Source of the DNA: Promethearchaeia archaeon
GTDB lineage: Archaea > Asgardarchaeota > Lokiarchaeia > Sigyniarchaeales > SOKP01
Assembly (NCBI GenBank): GCA_029856045.1
Contig: JAHQWG010000047.1
Location: 192,001-256,000, forward strand
Length of the DNA stretch: 64,000 nucleotides
Direction: 5' to 3'
Shown piece after piece: positions 1 through 10,562 of this stretch. Both the position numbers and the translations under genes were made by a program. Below the pieces are notes generated by a model. The model had not been told where the DNA came from. It did not search any database and saw only the letters and a list, made by a program, of their open reading frames with translations. Positions within the stretch are counted from its first letter, which is position 1; each line of letters starts with the position of its first letter.

Positions 1-1754
1 AAACCAATTTTATTATCAAGTATTAATTTTTCATTACCAATCAAAACTTTCAAGTTATCAATTGTTGTTTCAATACCTTTTCCAGGTACTGCATTAAATT
101 CTTTTGGTTCATTTAAGTCAATCATTTTTTGATTTGCTTCCTCAATAATTGCTTTTGCAATTGTATGTTCTGAGCCCAATTCTGCGCTTCCTGCAAAGTG
201 AAGTATTTCTTCTTCAGTAAATCCAACTTTTTTTAATTCCTTTTCCGTTACAATTACAGAAACCTTAGGTTTTCCAATTGTTAATGTTCCCGTTTTATCA
301 AATACGATATTATTAACATTATTTATTGCTTCTAATGAATCACCACCTTTTACTAATATACCAATCTCTGCTCCTTTTCCAGTTCCAACCATTATTGCAG
401 TCGGGATTGCCAAACCTAGCGCACATGGACAAGCAATAACAACAACAGAAGTGAAAATTAATAATGACGTTTCAAAACCACGCTCCCCAATAAAAAACCA
501 GTAAAGAAAAGCACTAAGAGCAACTATAATTACTATTGGTACGAAATAATTGCTTACTTTATCAGCTAATTGCTGTTTTGCTGCTTTTTTACTCTGTGCT
601 TCCTTCACAAAGTCGATAATCTGAAATAATAATGTATCTTTTCCAACCTTTTCCGTCGTCATTTTAATTAACCCAGTTTGATTAACTGTCGCTCCAATAA
701 CCTCATCTCCCGACGTCTTTTTAGCATAAACGCTTTCCCCAGTAATCATTGACTCATCAATTTTTGTTTTTCCTTCGATGATTTTTCCATCTACTGGAAT
801 TTTCATTCCTGGTTTCACTATTAAAATATCCCCAACCTCAATTTCTTCAATTGGAATTTCTATTTCTTTACCATCTTTTAAAATTATTGCAGTTTTCGCT
901 TGTAAACCAATTAATTTTTTTATAGCTTCAGATGCCTGACCCTTTGCTTTATGTTCAAGATATTTACCTAATAACAGAAATGTCAAAATCATACTCATAG
1001 CTTCATAGAATGTCTCACCTGGGATAAAAAATGTGGTCAATATTGAGTATATATAAGCCGTTCCTGTTCCCAATGAAACCAAAACATCCATATTAGTCGA
1101 TTTATTTTTAAGAGATTTATATGCTCCTATAAGGAAAAAAGATCCTCCAATCGCAAAATTTGCACTTGCTAAGAAAAATAAAATTAGTTTTATCGTAAAA
1201 GAAGGCTCAACAAACCAACTAATTGGAGTTATAATTAACGAGAGAATAGCGGATATAATAAATCTATTTAATCTTTTTTTTTGTTCCTTTTGCTGAACTT
1301 CAAATTCCTTGTCAATCACACCTGCAGATTTTTCTATTTTATAACCAAAATTCCTAAGTTTAGATATTAATTTGGATACACTTATTTCAAATTCATTAAA
1401 TTCAAGAAAAACTTTTTTTGCTTGATAATTCCCACGAATCTCATAAATTCCTTTTATATTTTTTGCGTTTTCTATTAAATTATCAAAATTTTTTTCTGAA
1501 ATATCATCGGTGATTACAACATCAATTCTCGAAAGATTCGCTCGATATCCTAAATTGATAATTGCTTGGCGAAATTTAAAGAAATCAACTTTGTTTGGAC
1601 TATATTCTACATTTGCTTCCTCATTAGCAAAATTTACAACAGAGGTTTCAACACCATTGAGAGATTTTAATTTATTTTCGATTTTAAGCGCACAATTAGC
1701 GCATGTCATTCCCCCAAGTTTAATAATAATTTTTTCTTTCGATTCAGGTTCCAT
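1..1754 (-). CDS. copA: Cu(I)-translocating P1B-type ATPase (3' end runs off the window)
   Basis: Manual translation: MEPESKEKIIIKLGGMTCANCALKIE (HMA GMTCxxC), TGES, ACPCALGLA and FDKTGTLT motifs. Absent from the ORF track because there is no stop in the window. Confidence 0.95.
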   Translation of the reverse strand, partial: MEPESKEKIIIKLGGMTCANCALKIENKLKSLNGVETSVVNFANEEANVEYSPNKVDFFKFRQAIINLGYRANLSRIDVVITDDISEKNFDNLIENAKNIKGIYEIRGNYQAKKVFLEFNEFEISVSKLISKLRNFGYKIEKSAGVIDKEFEVQQKEQKKRLNRFIISAILSLIITPISWFVEPSFTIKLILFFLASANFAIGGSFFLIGAYKSLKNKSTNMDVLVSLGTGTAYIYSILTTFFIPGETFYEAMSMILTFLLLGKYLEHKAKGQASEAIKKLIGLQAKTAIILKDGKEIEIPIEEIEVGDILIVKPGMKIPVDGKIIEGKTKIDESMITGESVYAKKTSGDEVIGATVNQTGLIKMTTEKVGKDTLLFQIIDFVKEAQSKKAAKQQLADKVSNYFVPIVIIVALSAFLYWFFIGERGFETSLLIFTSVVVIACPCALGLAIPTAIMVGTGKGAEIGILVKGGDSLEAINNVNNIVFDKTGTLTIGKPKVSVIVTEKELKKVGFTEEEILHFAGSAELGSEHTIAKAIIEEANQKMIDLNEPKEFNAVPGKGIETTIDNLKVLIGNEKLILDNKIG

Positions 1755-2013
1755 AATAATACATCCAGAAATACCTTAAAAGTTGTAAAATTGTTTTTAA
1801 AAAAAGATTATATCTCTATCTTTTATTAAAGATTGTTTAGTTAAATATAAAAAAATTTTCAGTATAAATTATTAGTTTTAAAAGAAAATTCTAAACAAAT
1901 ATAGGTATTTCGTTTAATTTTTCTGTTAATAATTATAGATTCAAAAAATTTTTATAAAATAATTATTAAAGGTACAAAATATATTTTTATAGTTATTTGA
2001 ATAATTTCTATCT

Positions 2014-2307
2014 ATGGCAGAATCAAAAATTCCAATTATTATTACTAAAGAAGGATGCCACCGTTGTGAAGAATTAGAAGCTTGGCTAAAAAAGAATAAT
2101 GTTAATTATATTCACCAAGACATTGAAGATAAAAAATTTACTGAACAATTATTACATGATCCAAATTTTGTAGGCACTTTTTGTGATGCAGATGGCTGTA
2201 TTGTAAATACTCCTGTTGTCATACACAAAGGTAAATATTGGTTTAAGGAACTATGGGGCATTTCTGGATTACGAGAAAGAGAAGCTAAAAAACTCTTTCT
2301 AGATTAA
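2014..2307 (+). CDS. Glutaredoxin/NrdH-like protein
   Basis: TKEGCHRC (CxxC) near the N-terminus and NTPVV cis-Pro motif; extra CDADGC insertion. Confidence 0.75.
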   Translation: MAESKIPIIITKEGCHRCEELEAWLKKNNVNYIHQDIEDKKFTEQLLHDPNFVGTFCDADGCIVNTPVVIHKGKYWFKELWGISGLREREAKKLFLD

Positions 2308-2331
2308 GATTTGTGTGGATTTTATAAATTT

Positions 2332-2937
2332 TTAATTTTTTTCTTTCAATTTAGCCATTTTATTAACTACTTTTTTGATAGCTCTTAGACCTTCTTCATC
2401 TTTCTCAATACCTTTTTTTCCTAGATCTTTCGACCATAAGCAAGCACCTAAATTTGCTCCAAAAGCACCACCAGAAACCGTTATTATGCCATTTTGTATA
2501 TAAAAGTCCAAAATTGTTCTAATGGCAGGTTCTTGACCTCCGTTCCTATCTCCCCCAACAGCTAACGCTATTCCATTCTTATTCCAGAAAATTTCAGGTT
2601 TTTTGGCTACTAATGCTCTACAACGGTCCATAACTGCTTTTAATTGTGCGGATAGATTCCCTTGAAATACTGGAGTTCCAAATAAAAAATATTTTGCGTT
2701 TTCTAACTTAGGATAAAGCTCCTGTAAATCGTCTTTTTGTATACAACCCTTTTTCTCCCTAATACAATAATCGCAATGGGTACAAAAACCAATTTTCTTA
2801 CCTCTGACAGTCCAAAATTCTGTTTCGAATCCAAATTTCTCAGTAGCATAATTTAAGGCATATTTTATGGAGAATTCTGTAGCTTGATTTCTCGGACTGC
2901 CGCATATTCCTAATAACAAGTTTTTATTTTCAACCAT
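2332..2937 (-). CDS. Iron-sulfur flavoprotein (Isf / NADPH-dependent FMN reductase family)
   Basis: GSPR, CTHCDYC-x5-C cluster motif, GTPVF, GGQE. Confidence 0.9.
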   Translation of the reverse strand: MVENKNLLLGICGSPRNQATEFSIKYALNYATEKFGFETEFWTVRGKKIGFCTHCDYCIREKKGCIQKDDLQELYPKLENAKYFLFGTPVFQGNLSAQLKAVMDRCRALVAKKPEIFWNKNGIALAVGGDRNGGQEPAIRTILDFYIQNGIITVSGGAFGANLGACLWSKDLGKKGIEKDEEGLRAIKKVVNKMAKLKEKN

Positions 2938-3121
2938 AATTTATAATTTGTATTTTTTCTTTTATTTGTTTTTACAATATTCTTTTTCGGTGGATTAAGG
3001 AAAAATTATTAATATCCAGAATTTAATATTTAATGATGGATGAAAATAAACCGAGTTTAGCAAGGATTAGGATAAAATTTCCAGAACAATTCAAAAAAAG
3101 CAAAATATGAATATTTAAAAT

Positions 3122-4327
3122 ATGAAAGTAATTATTATTGGAAATGGAGTAGCAGGTACTTTTTCTGCTCAAAATATTATAAACATTGATAAGAGTGTAG
3201 ATATTAAAATAATAACTGAAGAGAAATATCCGTATTATTCCAGACCCAAATTACCTGAATTAATCTCTGAACAAGTATCAATCAACGATATTATCGTTTT
3301 TAAAGAAGATTGGTATAGGAAGAAAAATATAAAATTAATTTTAGCAAGGAAAGTTTTAGGAATTCATCCAAGACAAAAGCACCTCCTTCTTGAAGATCAA
3401 AAAGAATTCATTCAATATGATAAGTTAATTATTGCAACTGGAAGCAAACCTAATATTCCTCCAATTAAAAACGCAGTTGAACTATTAAAAAAAGGAGTTT
3501 TTACTTTACGCAATATTGATGATGCCATAGAAATACAGAATTATATTAAAGGAAATAAAGCTAAGAAGGCGATCATAATTGGGGGGGGGTTATTGGGTTT
3601 AGAATTGGCAAAACAAATCAAAAATTGCAATCTTGACACAACGATAGTTGAATTTTTTCCAAGGCTTTTACCTCGTCAATTAGACGATGAATGCGCAGAG
3701 ATGTTAAAAGCTGAAATTGAAAAAATGGGAATAAAAGTTATATTAAATGCTACAACTGAGGAAATTTTAGGAACTGATTCAGTTGAAGGAATAAAGATAA
3801 AGGATGGACCTGAAATTAAAGCCGATACTGTATTAATTCAAGCAGGAATAATACCAAGAACCGAACTAGCAGAAAAAGCAAAAATTCAACAGAATCGAGG
3901 TGTTATTGTCAATCAATTTTTACAAACAAGCGATAAAGACATTTTTGCTGTTGGTGATGTGATAGAATACAAATCTCAAACATGGGGGATAATTCCAGCA
4001 TGTATTGAGCAATCAAGAATTGTTGCAGCATCAGTTTTAAATAAAAAAGAGATTCAATATAAGGGAACTACTCCAAAAACCACTCTAAAAATTGTTGGAA
4101 TTAATTTAACATCTATAGGAATATTTGATCCTTCACAAGAAGAGGATATTGGATGGGAGATTCTAAAAAAAGTTGATCAAAATAATTGCTGCTATCAAAA
4201 ATTCGTTTTAAAGGATAATAAATTAAAAGGAGCAATTCTTTTTGGAGAAACAAAATCAATTCCATTTGTAAATAAGAATATAAATTCAAATGTTAATAAG
4301 GAAGAGATTAATAAATTATTAGAATAA
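3122..4327 (+). CDS. NAD(P)H:rubredoxin oxidoreductase-like flavoprotein
   Basis: IIGNGVAG, IIATGS, IIGGGLLGLE, IFAVGD; sits directly before rubredoxin and fprA. Confidence 0.85.
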   Translation: MKVIIIGNGVAGTFSAQNIINIDKSVDIKIITEEKYPYYSRPKLPELISEQVSINDIIVFKEDWYRKKNIKLILARKVLGIHPRQKHLLLEDQKEFIQYDKLIIATGSKPNIPPIKNAVELLKKGVFTLRNIDDAIEIQNYIKGNKAKKAIIIGGGLLGLELAKQIKNCNLDTTIVEFFPRLLPRQLDDECAEMLKAEIEKMGIKVILNATTEEILGTDSVEGIKIKDGPEIKADTVLIQAGIIPRTELAEKAKIQQNRGVIVNQFLQTSDKDIFAVGDVIEYKSQTWGIIPACIEQSRIVAASVLNKKEIQYKGTTPKTTLKIVGINLTSIGIFDPSQEEDIGWEILKKVDQNNCCYQKFVLKDNKLKGAILFGETKSIPFVNKNINSNVNKEEINKLLE

Positions 4328-4458
4328 AAACCAAAGTCCCTTTAAAAATAACACAATAAATATCTATTATTTTATTAATTTATAGTCTTAATATTTTTAA
4401 TATTTATTAATTTAAATTTCCTAATAATATATTAGAAAATATAAGAGGGGAAATAATT

Positions 4459-4593
4459 CTGGCAAAGTATGAATGTACGGCTTGTGGCTATATTTATGAC
4501 GAAGAAGTAGAAGGGACAAAATGGGAAGACCTCCCTGATGATTGGACATGCCCAGTATGCGGAGTAGGAAAAGATATGTTTGAAAAACTTTAA
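4459..4593 (+). CDS. Short rubredoxin (44 aa), CTG start
   Basis: (M)[43 protein letters not shown]; SD-like GAGGGG at 4445-4450; no in-frame ATG/GTG/TTG between the upstream stop (4408-4410) and the first CxxC. Confidence 0.93.
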   Translation: MAKYECTACGYIYDEEVEGTKWEDLPDDWTCPVCGVGKDMFEKL

Positions 4594-4783
4594 AATTAAA
4601 ATTATTCCAAATTTTTTTTATTTTCTAAATTTTTTATTATTTTTCCTTTTAGTAATCTCACATGTCAATTGTATTATTTATAATTAAAAAAAAATAAATT
4701 TATAATCACTTTTTGAGTCTAATTAAATGTTATTCAAAGAAATTCAAAAAATCAATTAAATAAGAAAAAAAGGTGATAAAAAA

Positions 4784-5989
4784 ATGATTTATACTGAATT
4801 AATGAAGGATATTTATTACACAGGTTATGTAGATTGGGAGGTAAGAAATTTTCACGGATATTCTACACACAGGGGGTCATCATATAATGCTTATTTGGTA
4901 AAAGGAGAAAAAAATGTTTTGATAGATACGGTTAAACGTCCTTTTTTTAATTATTTCTTGGAGAATATAAAGAGCATCATTAATCCGGAAAAAATTGATT
5001 ATCTTATCATGAATCATATTGAAATGGACCATTCTGGCTCATTTCCATTAATCATTAAATATCTTCCAAACGCTCAAATTATAGCTTCTAAAAAGGGTGT
5101 TGAAATTTTAAGAGATCATTTTCATAAAGAAGTTGATGATGAAGTATTCAATAATATTCGAGCTGTGAAAGAAGGAGATACTTTAGATATTGGTAACGGT
5201 AAAAAATTTACATTTGTTCCAATCCCAATGATCCATTGGCCTGATTCAATGGTATCATTTATGACAGACGAAAATGGTAAAAACATTTTATTTTCAAATG
5301 ATGCTTTTGGACAACATTTCGCCACTTCCTCACGTTGGGATGATGAGAATGATTTTGACGTAATAATGGAAGAAGCGGTTAAATATTATGCAAATATTTT
5401 ACTTCATTTATCGAAACTGATCTCAAATGTTTTACCCAAAGTAGGTTCTTTGCCAATAGAAATTATTTGCCCTTCGCATGGAGTGTGTTGGAGGAAACAT
5501 GTAGGAGATATAGTTGAAAGGTATAAAAAGTGGTCAGCAGGAGACATTGATAATAAAACAGCAATAATTATATATGATTCAATGTGGGGAAGCACCGAAA
5601 TTATCGCAAAAGCCCTATACAAGGAATTGCAATATAGAGGGATAAAAGTGAAACGATATAAATTAACTAATGCAGACTATTCTGACGTAATAACAGAAGC
5701 TATGCTTTCAAAAGCAATTATTGTAGGAAGTCCAACTTTAAATAATGGAATGTATCCAACAGTGGCAGAATATGTCTGTTATCAGAAAGGTTTAAAGCCA
5801 ATGAATAAAATAGGACTAGCCTTTGGTTCGTATGGATGGGGTGGTGGAGCTGTGAAAGAAATTATTAAAGAGTTAGAAGCTTCTAAAATTGAAGTTTTAG
5901 ACGAACATATAGAAATTAAATTTGTTCCAAAGCCAGAAGATCTTAATTTCAAAAAGATTATCGATAAACTAATTGAGAAAATGGTATAA
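4784..5989 (+). CDS. fprA: Flavodiiron protein (O2/NO reductase, class A)
   Basis: HIEMDHSG, HWPD, SNDAFGQH, PSHG and flavodoxin-domain YDSMWGST, FGSYGWGG; SD AGGTGA at 4771-4776. Confidence 0.95.
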   Translation: MIYTELMKDIYYTGYVDWEVRNFHGYSTHRGSSYNAYLVKGEKNVLIDTVKRPFFNYFLENIKSIINPEKIDYLIMNHIEMDHSGSFPLIIKYLPNAQIIASKKGVEILRDHFHKEVDDEVFNNIRAVKEGDTLDIGNGKKFTFVPIPMIHWPDSMVSFMTDENGKNILFSNDAFGQHFATSSRWDDENDFDVIMEEAVKYYANILLHLSKLISNVLPKVGSLPIEIICPSHGVCWRKHVGDIVERYKKWSAGDIDNKTAIIIYDSMWGSTEIIAKALYKELQYRGIKVKRYKLTNADYSDVITEAMLSKAIIVGSPTLNNGMYPTVAEYVCYQKGLKPMNKIGLAFGSYGWGGGAVKEIIKELEASKIEVLDEHIEIKFVPKPEDLNFKKIIDKLIEKMV

Positions 5990-6001
5990 AGGTTTTAAGA
6001 T

Positions 6002-7402
6002 ATGGATTTCAATTTAACAGACACTCAAAAAGAATTGCAAAAAAAAGCACAGGAATTTGCAATTAAGGAAATCTTGCCAGTAGCAGCTAGTTACGATGAA
6101 CATGGGAAATTTCCAATTGAAATTATTGAGAAAGCCTATAAGGCAGGTTTAGTGAATTTAGCAATTCCAAAAAAATATGGGGGACCTGGTTATGGTCTCT
6201 TAGAATCTGTAGTAGTTGTTGAGGAAATTGCTGCGGCTTGTCCCGGATTCGCAACATCCATATTTGCAAATAATTTAGGAGCAGAGCCAATAATTTTAGG
6301 AGGTAATGAAGAACAGAAAGATAGAATATTAGGAGAATTAGTAAAAAAATTTACTTTAATTTCTTTTGCTACCTCTGAACCTGGAATGGGTTCTGATGTT
6401 GCTGGAATTAATTGTCAAGCTCAAAAAGATGGAGAAGATTATATTTTAAATGGTACAAAGTATTGGATTACCAATGCAGGTTATGCAAAATATATTTCTC
6501 TATTTGCGACAACGGATCCAGCAAAAAAACATAAAGGAATATGTGCTTTTATTTTACCAACTAATTTAGTAGGAGTTAAAACAGGAAAACCAATTCCTAA
6601 ATTGGGGCATAGAGCATCGAATACCACTTCTGTGGTTTTAAAAAATGTGAGAATTCCAAAAGAAAATATATTGGCTCATCCAGGGAGAGGTTTTATTTTA
6701 GCAATGCAAACATTTGCTCACACTCGTCCAGCCATAGGAGCTTTTGCTACAGGTTTAGCAAGATCCGCTATGGAATATGTGATTGATTATGCAAAAAAAA
6801 GAGAGACTTTCGGAAGACCAATAGCAAATTATCAAGCTATTCAGTTCAAAATTGCAGAAATGTATAAAAATATTGAAGCTAGTCGATTATTAACCCATAA
6901 ATCAGCATGGGAGACAGATCAAGGGTTAGATAATACATTAAGTGCAGCATGTGCAAAAGCATTTGCCTCAGATGTTGCTATGCAAGTAGCTACTGAAGCT
7001 ATTCAAATAATGGGAGGTTACGGTTATATGAAAACATACCCATTAGAAAAGTTATTCAGAGATGCAAAACTATTTCAAATTTACGAAGGCACCTCAGAAA
7101 TCCAGAGAATAATTATTTCAAGATTTGTGATGAAACAATATAAACATGGAATGCCCAATTTATATGAACTCCCAAGAATTGAGGTAGAAAGAGAAGAAGA
7201 AGTTGAAATTCCGCCAATTTCATTAAAGACTAGTGAGGAACTGGGAGGAAAATACAGATGTACAGTGTGTGGATATATTTATGATCCTGTAAAAGGTGAT
7301 CCAGATAGTGGAATCTCTCCAGAAACTCCATTTGAAGAAATTCCAGATGATTGGCATTGTCCAGTATGCGGAGTTTCAAAGGATAAGTTTATAAAATTAT
7401 GA
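6002..7402 (+). CDS. Acyl-CoA dehydrogenase with C-terminal rubredoxin domain
   Basis: [37 protein letters not shown], then [12 protein letters not shown]...WHCPVCGV. Confidence 0.93.
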   Translation: MDFNLTDTQKELQKKAQEFAIKEILPVAASYDEHGKFPIEIIEKAYKAGLVNLAIPKKYGGPGYGLLESVVVVEEIAAACPGFATSIFANNLGAEPIILGGNEEQKDRILGELVKKFTLISFATSEPGMGSDVAGINCQAQKDGEDYILNGTKYWITNAGYAKYISLFATTDPAKKHKGICAFILPTNLVGVKTGKPIPKLGHRASNTTSVVLKNVRIPKENILAHPGRGFILAMQTFAHTRPAIGAFATGLARSAMEYVIDYAKKRETFGRPIANYQAIQFKIAEMYKNIEASRLLTHKSAWETDQGLDNTLSAACAKAFASDVAMQVATEAIQIMGGYGYMKTYPLEKLFRDAKLFQIYEGTSEIQRIIISRFVMKQYKHGMPNLYELPRIEVEREEEVEIPPISLKTSEELGGKYRCTVCGYIYDPVKGDPDSGISPETPFEEIPDDWHCPVCGVSKDKFIKL

Positions 7403-7426
7403 TTATTTTCTTGTAGGTGCGATAAA

Positions 7427-9085
7427 ATTACGGAAAAGAATGTATTCACATTTATAGTTGGGGGTAAAGCTGGTCAAGGTGTTAAAAAAGCAGGTTCAGT
7501 TGCTTCTCAACTTTTTATAAATAAGAGTCGTTTTGTATTTCAAATAGACGATTACATGAGTTTAATAAAAGGAGGACATAATTTCTCGATTGTTAGTACT
7601 TCTACTAGATGGATTAGTAGTCATTATATGAAAGCTGATCTAATTGTTAATTTTGATAAAAGAAGCTATGATAATCATATAGACCACCTTTCTGAAGGTG
7701 GTTTAATGGTCTATAATTCTGATATTAAAGGAAATATGGGTGGTATAGGTATTTCTTTAACAAGCGAAGCAAAAAGATTTCCTAATCCTAATTTAATGCT
7801 TGGAGTTGGTGCTATTGCTATATTAGGGGCGACCATTGGCGTTAATAAAACAGAGTTAAATGCATTAATAAAGAATGAATATTCTAAAGGTGTTAAAGAG
7901 AATATTTCTTATGCCAATATTATTTATGATATTGTTTATCCTATAATTGGAGGGAAATTCCAATTAGAAGGTGGATCTAAAAAAAGACCGAATATCTCGG
8001 GAAATCAAGCAATAGCATTAGGAGCAATAGCAGGTGGATTAGATTGTTATTACGCTTATCCTATGACACCAGCCACATCCATCCTACATTATCTTGCTGC
8101 AATAGCAGATGATTTTGGACTTGCAGTTATACATCCCGAAAATGAAATAGCAGTTATAAATATGGCTATAGGATCAACCTTTACTGGAGCGAGGTCAATG
8201 GTTGGTTCTAGCGGCGGAGGTTTTTCTTTGATGGCTGAGGGAATTTCATTAGCTGGTATAATCGAATCACCTGTATTAATTGTATTATCCATGAGACCTG
8301 GACCAGCTACGGGCGTTCCAACTTATACAGAACAAGGAGATTTAAATTTTGCTTTAAATGTGGGTCATGGGGAATTTTTACGCATCGTTGCTTCTCCAGG
8401 AACTATAGAGGAGGCATTTTTTCTTACAGCTCAAATGTTGGATTTAGTATGGAAGTTTCAAACTCCTGGAATATTACTCACAGAAAAACATTTATCAGAG
8501 AGTAGTATGACAGTCGATATAAATTTAAATGACACTATTTGGGCTGAACCACTGCTTTATAAAGATGGAGAATATAAAAGATATTTAGATACGAAGGATG
8601 GAATATCCCCCTTATTATTTCCACCATCAAAGGAAATACTCAAATGGAATAGTTATGAACATGATGAGTTTGGATTTACAACCGAAGATCCTCAATGGAT
8701 TAAAAGGATGCATGATAAACGAAATAAAAAGTTTAAATCATTAAAAAATTACCTTATGAAAAAAAAAACAATAAATATTTTTGGGGATAAGGGGCCAATA
8801 ATAATTACATATGGTTCAACGGTGATGAGCGTATTAGAAGCATTAAAGTATGGTAATATTGAGGCTAGAGTTGTACAACCAATTTTTTTGAGTCCGTTGC
8901 CTATTTGGGAGCTTGAAAAATTTAAAGACCAAGAAGTTATTGTTATAGAGCAAAGTGCTATAGGTCAATTTGCTAATTTACTTAAAGAAAATATGAATAT
9001 TCAATTAAAAAAAGTAATAAAGCAATACGATGGAAGACCTTTCGACCCAATAAAATTATCTAAAAAAATTAAGGATGTGGTATAA
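7427..9085 (+). CDS. 2-oxoacid:ferredoxin oxidoreductase alpha subunit (gamma-alpha fused), probable ATT start
   Basis: Frame extends 43 codons upstream of the track start and includes FIVGGKAGQGVKKAG; YPMTPAT, SSGGGFSL, RPGPATG; SD-like AGGTG at 7415-7419. Confidence 0.88.
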   Translation: MTEKNVFTFIVGGKAGQGVKKAGSVASQLFINKSRFVFQIDDYMSLIKGGHNFSIVSTSTRWISSHYMKADLIVNFDKRSYDNHIDHLSEGGLMVYNSDIKGNMGGIGISLTSEAKRFPNPNLMLGVGAIAILGATIGVNKTELNALIKNEYSKGVKENISYANIIYDIVYPIIGGKFQLEGGSKKRPNISGNQAIALGAIAGGLDCYYAYPMTPATSILHYLAAIADDFGLAVIHPENEIAVINMAIGSTFTGARSMVGSSGGGFSLMAEGISLAGIIESPVLIVLSMRPGPATGVPTYTEQGDLNFALNVGHGEFLRIVASPGTIEEAFFLTAQMLDLVWKFQTPGILLTEKHLSESSMTVDINLNDTIWAEPLLYKDGEYKRYLDTKDGISPLLFPPSKEILKWNSYEHDEFGFTTEDPQWIKRMHDKRNKKFKSLKNYLMKKKTINIFGDKGPIIITYGSTVMSVLEALKYGNIEARVVQPIFLSPLPIWELEKFKDQEVIVIEQSAIGQFANLLKENMNIQLKKVIKQYDGRPFDPIKLSKKIKDVV

Positions 9086-9929
9086 AATAGTGAAATTAGG
9101 AACTAATATCGAAAATACCTGGTGCCTAGGTTGCGGTAATTTTGGAATTTTAAATGCTTTCAAGAAAGCAATTGTTGAGCTTGAAGAAAAAGGAATTTCA
9201 CAAAATAATATTTTAATTGCTTCTGGTATTGGTTGTAGCGCAAAAATCTTTGATTATCTTAATCTCAGCGGTATTTATTCATTACATGGAAGAGATTTAG
9301 CTACAATAGAGGGAATTAAATTTGCCAATCCAAATTTAAAAACAATCACATTCTCAGGAGATGGAAATGCAATGGGCGAAGGTTTAACGCATTTACTATT
9401 TGCTGCAAAACGGAACGCAGATGTAACAATAATTATGCACAACAACGGTGTTTACGCCTTAACAACGGGACAATATACGCCGATTACTGAAAGAGGTTGG
9501 AAAGGACCTTCCACTCCCAAGGGAAGCGTTGAAGAACCTTTTAATGCTATATCTTTAGTTTTGGAAGCAGGAGCTACCTTCGTTGCTAGGTCCTATACAG
9601 CGAAAATACAGCACCTTACAGATATGATGGTTCAAGCGATAGAACATAAGGGTTTTTCTTTCTTAGAAGTTCTACAACCTTGTGTTAGCTATAATAATAC
9701 TTATAAATTATACAACGAAATTGTTGAAGAACTTGATGATATTCCTAAAAGCATTGAAGAAGCAAAATTATATGCAAAGAATAAAGATAAATTATTTATT
9801 GGAATATTTTATAGAACTGAGAAACCAACTTTTTGTGAGTTATTATATGGTGATCATAACCCAGTAGAGAAAAGGCAGTATAGAGAAGAGAGAATAAATA
9901 AAATAAAAAAAATATTAAATATTAAGTAG
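9075..9929 (+). CDS. 2-oxoacid:ferredoxin oxidoreductase beta subunit (TPP-binding)
   Basis: WCLGCGNFG, SGIGCS, LHGR, SGDG, NNGVYALTTGQ, LQPCVSYN. Confidence 0.92.
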   Translation: MWYKIVKLGTNIENTWCLGCGNFGILNAFKKAIVELEEKGISQNNILIASGIGCSAKIFDYLNLSGIYSLHGRDLATIEGIKFANPNLKTITFSGDGNAMGEGLTHLLFAAKRNADVTIIMHNNGVYALTTGQYTPITERGWKGPSTPKGSVEEPFNAISLVLEAGATFVARSYTAKIQHLTDMMVQAIEHKGFSFLEVLQPCVSYNNTYKLYNEIVEELDDIPKSIEEAKLYAKNKDKLFIGIFYRTEKPTFCELLYGDHNPVEKRQYREERINKIKKILNIK

Positions 9930-9974
9930 AATCGAAATTTTATTTTTTATTAAATAAATTTAGAGGTTCCTAAA

Positions 9975-10544
9975 ATGGATGTAAAAGAGGCAATAAATAA
10001 AAGAAGAGCGTATAGATCTCTTGATCCTATTAAAATTTCTGATGAATTAATACAAGATCTTGCAGAATCTGCACAATTGGCTCCATCTTGTATGAATAAA
10101 CAACCGTGGAGATTTATTTTTATTCATGATAAGAAAGTTTTAGAAAAATTATTTACTACATTAACATCGGGAAATAAATGGGTTGAAAAAGTATCTATGA
10201 TAATTGGTGTATTTAGCAATCCTAAAAATGATTGTATAATCGGAGAAAGATTTTATTATCTTTTTGATACTGGCATGGCTACAGCTTTTATTATATTAAG
10301 AGCTACTGAACTTGGGTTGATTGCGCATCCAATTGCTGGTTTTAATGAAGAGAAGGTCAAGAAAATTCTAGATCTTCCTGAAGAAATGAGATTAATTACA
10401 CTTGTGAATATTGGGAAACATTCTAAAGAAATAAATCCTAATCTTTCTGAAAGTATGAAGTTGGGAGAAAAACAACGCCCTCCGAGAAAATCAATTGATG
10501 ATTTTGTACATATTAATAAATATGACCCAAGTAAGGAAAAATAG
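9975..10544 (+). CDS. Nitroreductase family protein
   Basis: RRAYR, LAPSCMNKQPWRF, ATELGL. Confidence 0.9.
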   Translation: MDVKEAINKRRAYRSLDPIKISDELIQDLAESAQLAPSCMNKQPWRFIFIHDKKVLEKLFTTLTSGNKWVEKVSMIIGVFSNPKNDCIIGERFYYLFDTGMATAFIILRATELGLIAHPIAGFNEEKVKKILDLPEEMRLITLVNIGKHSKEINPNLSESMKLGEKQRPPRKSIDDFVHINKYDPSKEK

Positions 10545-10562
10545 TTTTTAAGAGATTAAAAA

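Noticed and set aside
1510-1779. 89-aa + strand ORF
   Set aside because: Antisense shadow of the copA N-terminus.
3033-3110. 25-aa ORF MMDENKPSLARIRIKFPEQFKKSKI upstream of NROR
   Set aside because: No SD or recognisable motif; cannot be told apart from a chance ORF.
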